NCBI GenBank assembly: GCA_030603215.1
Contig: JAUVYF010000002.1
Coordinates: forward strand, 1 to 50,139
Source: Candidatus Bipolaricaulota bacterium
GTDB lineage: Bacteria > Bipolaricaulota > Bipolaricaulia > UBA7950 > UBA9294
DNA length: 50,139 bases
Direction: 5' to 3'
Of this stretch, positions 8,300-17,289 are shown in pieces. The translations under genes and the position numbers were made by a program. The first letter of the stretch is position 1, and every line of letters starts with the position of its first letter. Under the pieces are notes generated by a model. That model saw only the letters and a program-made list of their open reading frames with translations, had not been told where the DNA came from and did not search any database.

Positions 8300-9832
8300 A
8301 TGACCGAATACATACTGAGCTTCGATCTCGGGACGACGGCGGTTAAGACGGCCCTGTTTACCGATGACGGACGCCTGGTAGCGAAATCCACCCAGGAGTA
8401 CGAATTGATCGTTCCATCGGCGCTTGTCGTCGAACAGGATGTCGAGGTCTATTGGAACGCCGTTAAGAGCGGGGTTCAAGCAGTTTTGGGCAACGGTTCA
8501 GTTGCTCCGGAGGACATCCGCTGTATCGGGATTTCAGCACAAGGGGAAACGCTGATACCGGTGGGCAAGGATGGTATCCCGGTTCGTCCGGCGATTGTCT
8601 GGATGGACAACCGTGCGCACGAGGAGGCGGAGATCCTCGCCGAAGCGTTCCCGCAGAGCGAACTCCTGCGAAGGACGGGACAGGTCTCGATGTGTGCGAC
8701 ATGGCCCGCTGCCAAGATCTTGTGGATGAAGCGGAACGAGCCAGAGTTGTTCGAGCAGGTGGACAAGTTCCTGCTCATCGAGGATTGGTTAATCCACCGG
8801 CTGACCGGGGAGTGTGTATCCGAAGGATCGCTCCTTTGTTCAACCACGTACTGGAACATCCGCACGAAACAGTGGTGGAACGAGATGCTCGCGTATCTCG
8901 GAATCTCCGCCTCTCGGCTTCCGGAGATCCGGGAGCCGGGCGAAGCCGTCGGATCGATTCGGGAGGAGATCGCGCATGAGTTGGGCCTTTCTCCCGGCAC
9001 CGTCGTTGCCACGGGAGGGCTCGATCAAGCTTGCGGCGCGATTGGCGTCGGCTGCATCCATCCCGGCGTGGTGACGGAGAACATCGGAGCCGCACTCGCC
9101 ATGTGTGCTCTTGTCGACAAACCGTTCGAAGATCCGGAGGGGAAGATTCCCTGCTTCTACTTCGCTTTGCCGGACATGTACATGGCGCATTCGTTCACGA
9201 CCGGCGGGATAGTCTTCCGCTGGTTCAGGGACAAGTTCTGCCAGGAAGAACTATCGGTTGCCGAACGGGCTGGAGCCGACGCGTACGATCTGATGACCGG
9301 TGAAGCGGCGAACGTTCCGCCCGGTTCGGAAGGGCTCCTCGTTCTGCCACATTTGCAGGGGGCGGGGCCGCCTGAATCGAATACCGATGCCAAGGGTGTC
9401 TTCTTCGGGCTTACGATGCGGCACACAAAGGCTCACATGATTCGAGCGATCATGGAATCGCTGTGCTTTGCGATCCGCAGGTTGATCGACGCGTTTGAGG
9501 GATTGGGAATCAAGGTCGATGAGATCCGGTCTCTCGGCGGCGGGGCGAAGAGCGAACTGTGGCTGCAGATGAAAGCCGATATCGCGGAACGCCCTGTCAT
9601 CGTGTCTCAGGATCCTCAGGATGCCGGATGCCTTGGCGCGGCCATCTTGGCCGGTGTAGCGACCGGTGTGTGGCAGACCGTCGATGAGGCCGTCGACAAG
9701 ACGGTGAGACTTGCGCCGGCGAGCGCCGAGCCATGCGTCGAGCTTGCCGGGAAATATTCCAGGATGTACGCGGCGTACACAAAACTCTACGAAGACCTAT
9801 GCGGAATGTTTGCCGCGAGCAGAAGATTCTAG
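8300..9832 (+). CDS. FGGY-family carbohydrate kinase (xylulokinase-like)
   Basis: ATG at 8300 gives MTEYILSFDLGTTAVKTALF, the phosphate-1 motif. The C-terminal FGGY signature is GGGAKSELWLQMKADI. The track start at 8006 overlaps the upstream gene. Confidence 0.8.
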   Translation: MTEYILSFDLGTTAVKTALFTDDGRLVAKSTQEYELIVPSALVVEQDVEVYWNAVKSGVQAVLGNGSVAPEDIRCIGISAQGETLIPVGKDGIPVRPAIVWMDNRAHEEAEILAEAFPQSELLRRTGQVSMCATWPAAKILWMKRNEPELFEQVDKFLLIEDWLIHRLTGECVSEGSLLCSTTYWNIRTKQWWNEMLAYLGISASRLPEIREPGEAVGSIREEIAHELGLSPGTVVATGGLDQACGAIGVGCIHPGVVTENIGAALAMCALVDKPFEDPEGKIPCFYFALPDMYMAHSFTTGGIVFRWFRDKFCQEELSVAERAGADAYDLMTGEAANVPPGSEGLLVLPHLQGAGPPESNTDAKGVFFGLTMRHTKAHMIRAIMESLCFAIRRLIDAFEGLGIKVDEIRSLGGGAKSELWLQMKADIAERPVIVSQDPQDAGCLGAAILAGVATGVWQTVDEAVDKTVRLAPASAEPCVELAGKYSRMYAAYTKLYEDLCGMFAASRRF

Positions 9833-9852
9833 AACGAAAGGAGATACAACAA

Positions 9853-10527
9853 ATGACTGCTTTCATTTTCTTTCTGACATACAACGATCGGACGATTCCG
9901 ACGCCGATCCGCGTTCTTGATGATGTAAAGGACCTCGGAGTGAAGAACATCGGGTTCAAAGACGTCGGTATCCCCAAGCATCGACTTGTGGAACTGAAAA
10001 AGGCGATTGACGATGCCGGATTGACCAGTTATCTCGAGGTTGTCAGCGAAGACCGTGAATCGACCCTTCGTGGAGCGCGGATCGCAGCCGAACTCGGCGT
10101 CGACCGGCTGATCGGATCGTACGGCCAATACGCGGAAGATGTCATGGAGATCATCAAGGGAACGGGCATCGAATTCTATCCGTTCGTCGGCAATATCTCC
10201 GGCATTCCCTCCGTGCTGCATGGCTCGATCGATGAGATCGTTGCCGAGGCGTTGGAGAAACAGGAGATGGGGGTGGCTGGGATCGATCTGCTGGCCTACC
10301 GCCATAAGGAGAATCCTGAGGAGTTGATGGAACGCGTCATTGACGCACTGAAGATTCCGGTGATCGTCGCAGGAAGTGTGAACACCCTTGATCAGATTCG
10401 ACGTGTAGTCAAAGCCAGAGCCTCCGCATTCACGATCGGAACAGCCGTTTTCGATAGAAGGATTGTTCCTTCGGGTAGCTTGGAGGATCAAGTTGTCGCG
10501 GTAGTCAACGAAACCGAAGGACGGTAG
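9853..10527 (+). CDS. Predicted TIM-barrel protein, possibly a sugar-phosphate epimerase/aldolase-like enzyme (function unknown)
   Basis: ATG at 9853 follows AAAGGAGAT. The 224-aa protein has an alternating beta/alpha pattern and a terminal phosphate-binding-like segment PVIVAGSV...FTIGTAVF. It is third in the isomerase-kinase module. The family was not recognised with certainty. Confidence 0.3.
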   Translation: MTAFIFFLTYNDRTIPTPIRVLDDVKDLGVKNIGFKDVGIPKHRLVELKKAIDDAGLTSYLEVVSEDRESTLRGARIAAELGVDRLIGSYGQYAEDVMEIIKGTGIEFYPFVGNISGIPSVLHGSIDEIVAEALEKQEMGVAGIDLLAYRHKENPEELMERVIDALKIPVIVAGSVNTLDQIRRVVKARASAFTIGTAVFDRRIVPSGSLEDQVVAVVNETEGR

Positions 10528-10828
10528 TAGAATGGACCCTTGCACCCCACAATTTGCCTATGGGTTACCGCAGCCGCCATTGCTGAGCGGAACCCTGCTA
10601 TTGAGGCGTGGTGGGGATGCCTGTCTCTCGGAGTACCAGGCATTCAGGGAAACAAGGCAAAAGATTGGCGAGTTTACCGAACTAACACACAACCAACAAT
10701 CTCCACACTTAGTTGGTGGCTTCGCTCTTGCGATAGACGTTGAACAGAACAGCAAGGCGGACCAGAGAAATTTATCAGCTCTGAGTTCAACACGCAAAAC
10801 TTAAGGGGTACGCTGCTGAGAAGGCTCA

Positions 10829-11320
10829 ATGAACGTTCGTATAGTGACAGAGGAAGAACTGCGACGGTGCGTGGAGATGGACAACGAGTCGCTCAAAGCG
10901 GTAGAGAAGAGTTTTGTCAACTTGTCCAAAGGCGAGGCAACGGTTCCCTTAATTATGATGATACCAGTTCCAGAGAGAACAGGAGAAGTAGATGTCAAAA
11001 GCGCCTATATTCACGGACTTGAGAGTTTCACGATCAAGATTGTTTCTGGCTTCTATGAAAACCTTCAGCATAGTTTGCCAGGTAGTTGTCAGCTGATGGT
11101 GATTGTAACTGTCGAAACCGGCTTCATTCAGGTTGTTCCATTGACCAAATTGGGTGAAATCGCAGCGGGCAACAAGCACGGTCGCGAAAGCGATGAACAG
11201 ATTACGGCTTGTGATCTAACAGGAGTAGGTGTGCAAGATACGGCAATTGCTCTACTTGCGCACAAGAAGGCTGTCTGCCCGACACTGTTCAACATGAAGT
11301 ATGCGGATTCATGGAACTAG
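10829..11320 (+). pseudogene. Ornithine cyclodeaminase/mu-crystallin family remnant with an in-frame internal deletion of the NAD(P)-binding core
   Basis: The 163-aa ORF has N-terminal about 105 aa that look like the family N-domain (LKAVEKSFVNLSKGEATVP...IKIVSGFYEN...LPG). These are joined directly to a typical C-terminal end (LGEIAAGNKHGRESDEQITACDLTGVGVQDTAIA). Family members are normally about 320-350 aa. Confidence 0.5.
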
Positions 11321-11347
11321 ATACTAGCATATTAGGAGACGTTGCTT

Positions 11348-12457
11348 ATGGTCAACTATGACATCGACACGCCTGCATTACTGATGGATTTGGAGCGGCT
11401 GAAGAACAACATTGGCGCAATGGCTTCGATCGCCAGGAAGTATGGAGTGAATCTTCGCCCACATGCCAAGACTCACAAAACCCCCAAGATCGCTAATCTC
11501 CAAATCGAAGCCGGGGCGAACGGGATCACCGTTGCCAAACTCGGAGAAGCCGAGATAATGGCTGAAGCGGGGATCAAGGACATATTGATCGCGAACCAGG
11601 TCATCGGCCGTCGCAAGTTGGACAGACTTACAGCGCTTGCAAAGAAGATCTATCTAACGGTGGCTGTTGACAGCCATGTTGGTGCTCAGATGTTGAATGA
11701 GGCGGCCCAGCAGAAAAACGTTCACCTCGAAGTTCTGATCGAAATCGACACCGGAGTGCATCGATGTGGTCTAAGTGATTCGGGAGAGATACTTAGATTG
11801 GCTAAGCATCTTTCCACTCTAAACAATATCGAACTACTTGGTCTTATGACGCACGAAGGCCACGTTGAGCACGGTACCTCACGAGCGAGCATTGAGTGCA
11901 AGTCACTGGAGGTTGAACAGAAGATGGTCTCCCATGCAGAGACCCTGCGAAAGGTAGGTCACGACATCAAAGTCGTTAGCGTGGGATCCACAGTATCCGC
12001 CCCCTTTATCCCAACTGTTGAAGGCATCACTGAGATGCGTCCTGGGACCTATGTATTCAATGATGTCATCGAAGTGTGTGTCGGTGCCGCGAACTGGGAC
12101 CAATGTGCGTTGAGTGTCTTAGCCACAGTTATCAGCATGCCGCGTCCCGGCGTCATCGTGGTCGATGCGGGTAGCAAGGCTCTGTTCCCGGAAGAAGTTT
12201 GCAATTGCTTTACTTTCAACTATTGCGGATATGGGTACATCAAAGAACTTCCAGAGGCGAGGATCGTCGTGTTGAATGAGGAACACGGCGTCATCGATAC
12301 GCACGGCCCAGCCCAAATAGTGAAGATCGGAGACAAGATCGAAATCGTTCCCAATCATGTCTGTCCCACCGTAAATCTCTACGATGAGATGTACGTGCTG
12401 CGAGATGGCCAAATACTGGACGTCTGGCAGATCAAAGCCCGTGGGAAAGTCCAATAA
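11348..12457 (+). CDS. DSD1-family PLP enzyme (D-serine dehydratase-like / D-threonine aldolase-like, alanine-racemase N-terminal fold)
   Basis: ATG at 11348 lies 9 nt after AGGAG. LRPHAKTHKTPKIA is the PLP-lysine motif. The C-terminal VPNHVCPTVNL is an H-x-C metal-site-like motif. Confidence 0.7.
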   Translation: MVNYDIDTPALLMDLERLKNNIGAMASIARKYGVNLRPHAKTHKTPKIANLQIEAGANGITVAKLGEAEIMAEAGIKDILIANQVIGRRKLDRLTALAKKIYLTVAVDSHVGAQMLNEAAQQKNVHLEVLIEIDTGVHRCGLSDSGEILRLAKHLSTLNNIELLGLMTHEGHVEHGTSRASIECKSLEVEQKMVSHAETLRKVGHDIKVVSVGSTVSAPFIPTVEGITEMRPGTYVFNDVIEVCVGAANWDQCALSVLATVISMPRPGVIVVDAGSKALFPEEVCNCFTFNYCGYGYIKELPEARIVVLNEEHGVIDTHGPAQIVKIGDKIEIVPNHVCPTVNLYDEMYVLRDGQILDVWQIKARGKVQ

Positions 12458-13210
12458 GAGTAATGCATGCGATTATCCTGAAAGGGTATGACATCCATTA
12501 AGAGCATGTTATATGGAGGGCTCCGCACCGGAAAACAGGGGTTACCGGCAAGCGATGGTATCGGCGGACACCTCGCTATAAGATAACCACTTCATCCGTC
12601 AAATCTACACACATTACCAGCAGACACTCATATCCTATTAAGTAAAACTACTCAGTTAAAAGGTGATGTAGCTTTTGTTGCGCAAAAGGCCTGGGAAGGA
12701 ATTGAGACATACAGCCAGTCCTTCAGGCAGATTGGCTACCGGAACCGAAATGAGGTCGCAATGTCTCAATCAGAAGCCTCTCTCAGCGAGAAGTAACACT
12801 AGACCATCGAACAGGTCAAGGAGAAAGGTATACACCGAAGTTCCTGGCCTCATAATGGTGACAACCGTGTTGGGATTGGGAGTTACTCAAGAATCGTGAT
12901 GCAACGTTCTGTCTACGGCTCGGTGGTATCGATCAACTTAGTTCCATCTTCTACAGTTGAAAAATACAGTTGCCTTCTTAAGGTACAGAGAGTCTCCTAA
13001 GAGGTCTTGACACCAAACACTCCACCACCTTCCTCCCCAATGGCGGGATAACTACTCTGATGGCTTGGAGAACCTTTCCGCAAACGCCTTGAAGCGGGGG
13101 ATGCGGAAGATAGCGCCTCCTAGGAAGCTTTGCAATATCTACCCTATTGAATCCGGCAATTCTCTTTCCAAGCACCTGAACCCGTTCACGGTTAATCCTG
13201 ATCCTAGTCA

Positions 13211-15079
13211 TCAGCCCCCTCGCTCAATGAGCCCAATGAACTTGCGCATGTCTAGCTGGGCTAGTTTCTCATCTGTAGGACCATAGTCATCCCATCCCCG
13301 AAGCTTGTAGTATTCGTCGATTGCACCTTGCAGAACGTCCTCTGGAATGGCCTCATGCGCGCTATTGCCCCGGGGAAGGGGCTCGCGTAGCCGTGCTGGT
13401 AGATCATCATCGTTTCGCGTATACCCCTGTTGCGCTGCGGCCAATTTGAGCATGTTAAAGTTTCGCTCACCGATAAGTAGCATCTCTGGCACTCCAATTT
13501 CCAGTCCAGTGGCTGCATAGAGAGCTTCACGAAAATGAGGATAGGGATTATAGCCTGAGCACATTGCAACCTCGAAGCCGACGTAAGTGCATGCGATTAC
13601 AGAGTTTGCAAAGGAAGCTAGATCTTGATGGATTTTGCAGAAACGCGGTTTCTTGTCCCATGACATACGATCTATAGGGCCATACACTCCGATTTCAGGG
13701 GTCCCATACTTGCCTAATCCCTCAGCTCCATCGTCGTGTAATGCCTCCATATGCTGGGCGCCACGTGGAGTCGTTGCATAACTCAAGCCAAGGGCTTTCT
13801 TCCCTCGTGGATCGTGCATGGGCAGCTCCTGCCCCTTGATGTGCATCGCGAAGTCCGCTCCGATCTTTGCAGCAACCTTATCAATTCCCTCTGCCAGGGT
13901 ATTTCCTATTCCTTCGCGGAAGGCAATCTTTTCGACTAACTCGACTACCGCTTCTGGATCTCCCCACTTGATCTTCTCTTCGATTAAGCCCTTCTCGCTC
14001 GCTTCCATGGCAAAAGCGATAGCGACGCCAGTGCTAATAGTATCCAGGCCGTACCGATTGCAGAGTTGGTTGCCAAGACTAATGGATAACACATCAGCAT
14101 TCAGGCAGTTCGAGCCAAGGGCAGCAAGCGTCTCGTATTCCGGCCCACCGTATTTCTCTTCAATCGCCCTTCCCATGAATTCACCTTTGACAAGGCGCTT
14201 ACAGCGAATCGGGCAACCGGTACAATTATCACGTCCTACCAAGATGTCCTTGAAGCGAGAACCCGCGCCATCGATCTTTTCAGCATCATCGAATGTGCCC
14301 TCTTGAAAATTCTTGGTCGGAAGAATCCCTTCTTCGTTCAACCCCATAACCGCTGCAGAAGATCCCCATTTCCCGAATTCCTGGATCCCAGGGTTTCCCA
14401 TCAGCTCCTGAACGATTTTCTTGCGTATCTCAGCCAACATTTCTGCATCATGAAAGGATTTCGCTTGCCCACCTTTCACTACAATTGCTTTCAGATTCTT
14501 GCTTCCCATCACGGCCCCGAAACCAGGGCGGCCTGCTGCTCTACTCATGTCGTTAATTATGCACGCGAACCTAACAAGGTTTTCGCCCGCAGGCCCGATG
14601 GACGAAACTCGTGCTCCCTCGTATTGCCTCTTGAGGAGTTCTTCCGTCTCGCCAACCTGGAGGCCCCAAAGGGAACTTGCATCATGAATCTCTGCCTTGC
14701 CATTTACAAGAGACAAATACACTGGTTTGGCCGCCTTTCCTCGTATGATGATCCCATCGTACCCAGATGTGGCAAGCTCATGTGCCCAGAAGCCTCCAGC
14801 GTAGCTGTCACTGAGACTTCCGGTCTTCGGAGATTTGGTGACTACAGCATGTCGACCTGCTCCTGCAATTCCTGTCCCTTGCAGAGGACCAGTGGCAAAG
14901 ATCAAGATGTTGTTGGGCCCTAAGGGATCTTCCTTTCCTTCCAGTTCTTCGAGCAGGATCCTAAGACCGATGCCTCTTCCACCCAAATATTCTCGGTACC
15001 ACTCATCAGGAACGTCATAACCTCTAACAATTCCTCTAGCTAGATCAACATCTGCGTACCGACCAAAAACACCTTTCAA
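13211..15079 (-). CDS. aor: Aldehyde:ferredoxin oxidoreductase (tungstopterin AOR family)
   Basis: TTG at 15079 lies 5 nt after AAAGGAGG and gives MKGVFGRYADVDLARG, a typical AOR N-terminus. CTGCPIRCKR is the 4Fe-4S ligand motif. The protein is about 622 aa. The track start at 15247 adds 56 unlikely residues. Confidence 0.85.
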   Translation of the reverse strand: MKGVFGRYADVDLARGIVRGYDVPDEWYREYLGGRGIGLRILLEELEGKEDPLGPNNILIFATGPLQGTGIAGAGRHAVVTKSPKTGSLSDSYAGGFWAHELATSGYDGIIIRGKAAKPVYLSLVNGKAEIHDASSLWGLQVGETEELLKRQYEGARVSSIGPAGENLVRFACIINDMSRAAGRPGFGAVMGSKNLKAIVVKGGQAKSFHDAEMLAEIRKKIVQELMGNPGIQEFGKWGSSAAVMGLNEEGILPTKNFQEGTFDDAEKIDGAGSRFKDILVGRDNCTGCPIRCKRLVKGEFMGRAIEEKYGGPEYETLAALGSNCLNADVLSISLGNQLCNRYGLDTISTGVAIAFAMEASEKGLIEEKIKWGDPEAVVELVEKIAFREGIGNTLAEGIDKVAAKIGADFAMHIKGQELPMHDPRGKKALGLSYATTPRGAQHMEALHDDGAEGLGKYGTPEIGVYGPIDRMSWDKKPRFCKIHQDLASFANSVIACTYVGFEVAMCSGYNPYPHFREALYAATGLEIGVPEMLLIGERNFNMLKLAAAQQGYTRNDDDLPARLREPLPRGNSAHEAIPEDVLQGAIDEYYKLRGWDDYGPTDEKLAQLDMRKFIGLIERGG

Positions 15080-15208
15080 TTGAACCTCCTTTCTCGAGCC
15101 AATTTCTTGATCGATGCAGACGTCGTCGTTTGCATTTCGACAAACTGGTTTGGCGCCAGATAATACACCGTTCCTTTCTCCTGGCCAAAGCCAATCAATA
15201 TTCCTCAA

Positions 15209-15237
15209 TCCATAACACAAAAGGAAATCTCTGTCAA
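15209..15237 (-). promoter_or_regulatory. Candidate sigma70 promoter for the AOR gene (TTGACA-17-TATGGA with TG extension)
   Basis: The minus strand reads TTGACA (15237-15232), a 17-nt spacer ending in TGT, then TATGGA (15214-15209). It lies about 130 nt upstream of the TTG start. Confidence 0.3.
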
Positions 15238-15309
15238 GAGAACGCATTGCCTTTTTGGGACTTGTTACCGACTGGGTCTTCCGTATCTCATAAGGAAAGC
15301 CGCGTCCAT

Positions 15310-16062
15310 CTAGTAGTCCAGAATCTGAGATAGGAAGAGCTTCGTGCGATCGTGCTTCGGGTTGTGAAAGAATTCCTCGGGAGTATTCTCCTCGACCAGC
15401 TGACCATAATCGAAGAAGATGATCCGGTCTGCCACTTCACGCGCGAAGCCCATTTCGTGAGTGACCACAATCATCGTCATGCCGCTACGTGCCAAGTTTT
15501 TCATCACGTCGAGAACCTCTTTGATCATCTCCGGATCTAGTGCTGAGGTCGGTTCGTCAAACAGCATGATCTTGGGGGTCATCGCCAATGCGCGTGCGAT
15601 GGCCACCCGTTGTTGCTGGCCACCGGAAAGCTGTGCTGGGTATTTTTGTGCCTGTTCAGGAATGCCAACACGCTCAAGGAGCTTCATCGCGACTTCTTCT
15701 GCCTTGCTCTTCCTCATCTTCAGCACCCAAAAAGGCGCAAGAGAGACATTCTGCAGTGCGGTAAGGTGCGGAAATAGATTGAATTGCTGGAAGACTATGC
15801 CAACTTCACGCCGGATAGCTTCTATGTTGCGCAGATCGTTCGTTAGCTCGATACCGTCCACGATGATCTCTCCCCGTTGGTGCTCTTCCAGGCGGTTTAT
15901 CGTGCGGATGCACGTGGATTTTCCGGAGCCAGAGGGTCCACAAATCACGACCACCTCGCCTTTCTGCATCGTGAAGGTGATCCCTCTAAGCACATGAAAA
16001 TCCCCGTACCATTTATGCACATCGCGGTAGATGATAATTCCTTCGTTGTTTATCACAGACAA
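15310..16062 (-). CDS. aapP: Polar amino-acid ABC transporter ATP-binding protein (AapP/GlnQ-like)
   Basis: Walker A is GPSGSGKST, the signature is LSGGQQQRV, and Walker B is [12 protein letters not shown]. The start is TTG, following GAGGAGAGGAG. Confidence 0.85.
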   Translation of the reverse strand: MSVINNEGIIIYRDVHKWYGDFHVLRGITFTMQKGEVVVICGPSGSGKSTCIRTINRLEEHQRGEIIVDGIELTNDLRNIEAIRREVGIVFQQFNLFPHLTALQNVSLAPFWVLKMRKSKAEEVAMKLLERVGIPEQAQKYPAQLSGGQQQRVAIARALAMTPKIMLFDEPTSALDPEMIKEVLDVMKNLARSGMTMIVVTHEMGFAREVADRIIFFDYGQLVEENTPEEFFHNPKHDRTKLFLSQILDY

Positions 16063-16075
16063 GTCTCCTCTCCTC

Positions 16076-17287
16076 TTAACGTTCTCCTACGCCTAGTGTT
16101 TTTTCAATCCTGCGACTGACGTAGGACATTGAATAGCACAAGATCCAAAACACAACTCCGATAAATACGTATAGCTCGAATATGGTTCCACGCCATTCGA
16201 GGTTACCCATTATGCTTCGCGTGATGTTCAACAGCTCAAGAATCGCTATGAACCCAAACAGAGTCGTATCCATAAACAGGGCGATGAATTGCCCGACGAT
16301 CGCTGGAATGACTATACGCAACGCCTGTGGTAGAATAATCAGTATGGTTGTCAGCGCTTTGTTGAGACCTACGGCGTAGGCGGCTTCGTACTGTCCCTGT
16401 GGGATAGCTTGTAGTCCCCCACGGACATTCTCTGCCATATACGCCGCCGAAAAGGCCGTAATCGTCAACATCGCGCGGATGAGCAAGTCAGGTCGTACGC
16501 TAGCGGGAAGAAGCAGCTGTAGCATAATGCTAGCCATGAACAGCAGGCTGATCAACGGCACACCGCGGATAATCTCGATGTAGGCGGTACACACCAGCCG
16601 AATGGCCCGCAGCTTGCTCCGCCGTCCGAGGGCCAATAGCACGCCTACAGGAAATGAAAGACCGATCCCCACCACTGCACCAATCAAGTTGAGCATGAAC
16701 CCCCACATGGTTCTTCCCTTAATGACAGGAAGTATTCCCCCCACCCCATTGAGAAAGATGAGGCTAATCGGGAATGATAAGATCCAGGAAGCGATTTCCA
16801 GGCGTTTACACCAACGGATGCCCTTGCCAAGATACCCCAAGCCAAAACCAGCGGCAGCAGCGACGGCTATGCCGAGGAGCCATCCTCGAGTCCCCCAAGG
16901 AAACGGAAGAACAGCCAACACAACCGATACCAAAGCAGCCGTGGTGGAAACCCGACGCATCAAGCCACCATGGGCTCCGCTGCTAAACCCCAACAGGAAA
17001 GCGACAAGATAAACAACTGCCCAGACACGCCACAGGTATTCCACGGGATAGGTACCGACCAATAGCAGCTTCAGGTTCGCGGGAATAACCTCCCACCGTG
17101 CTTCCAAGGCCCACCTAAGGAGTCCAAATACGATCGTCATGATGAGCGCCGTTGATACGATAGTGAGTATCGCATTAAACCAGCTACTGAATAGGTTTTG
17201 CTTCAGCCACCGTATGGCAGGAATCCTCTCACTAGGAGGTGGAAGTTGGTTCTTGTCAGCGTAACCGGCTAGTTGATTCTCGTCCAT
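16076..17287 (-). CDS. aapM: Amino-acid ABC transporter permease (AapM-like, long form)
   Basis: 403 aa, multi-span, with the His/Glu/Gln/Arg-permease conserved region ([14 protein letters not shown]...EAAYAVGL). Its start lies 3 nt after the stop of the upstream permease. Confidence 0.8.
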   Translation of the reverse strand: MDENQLAGYADKNQLPPPSERIPAIRWLKQNLFSSWFNAILTIVSTALIMTIVFGLLRWALEARWEVIPANLKLLLVGTYPVEYLWRVWAVVYLVAFLLGFSSGAHGGLMRRVSTTAALVSVVLAVLPFPWGTRGWLLGIAVAAAAGFGLGYLGKGIRWCKRLEIASWILSFPISLIFLNGVGGILPVIKGRTMWGFMLNLIGAVVGIGLSFPVGVLLALGRRSKLRAIRLVCTAYIEIIRGVPLISLLFMASIMLQLLLPASVRPDLLIRAMLTITAFSAAYMAENVRGGLQAIPQGQYEAAYAVGLNKALTTILIILPQALRIVIPAIVGQFIALFMDTTLFGFIAILELLNITRSIMGNLEWRGTIFELYVFIGVVFWILCYSMSYVSRRIEKTLGVGER

Positions 17288-17289
17288 GA

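Noticed and set aside
6922-9977. Many long ORFs in alternative frames and antisense (for example 6922-7494, 7146-7679, 7878-8291, 8476-9012, 8840-9190 and 9597-9977)
   Set aside because: They overlap well-supported genes and their products are Arg/Pro/Ser-rich low-complexity sequences. They occur exactly where GC content is high, which is the typical stop-codon-depletion artefact.
12978-13211. The small ORF after AOR as a MoaD/ThiS-like sulfur carrier (contains ...VVIPPLG...)
   Set aside because: It has no C-terminal Gly-Gly and its composition is Arg/Pro-rich. The resemblance is limited to a few residues. It is kept only as an unexplained start-stop-coupled ORF.
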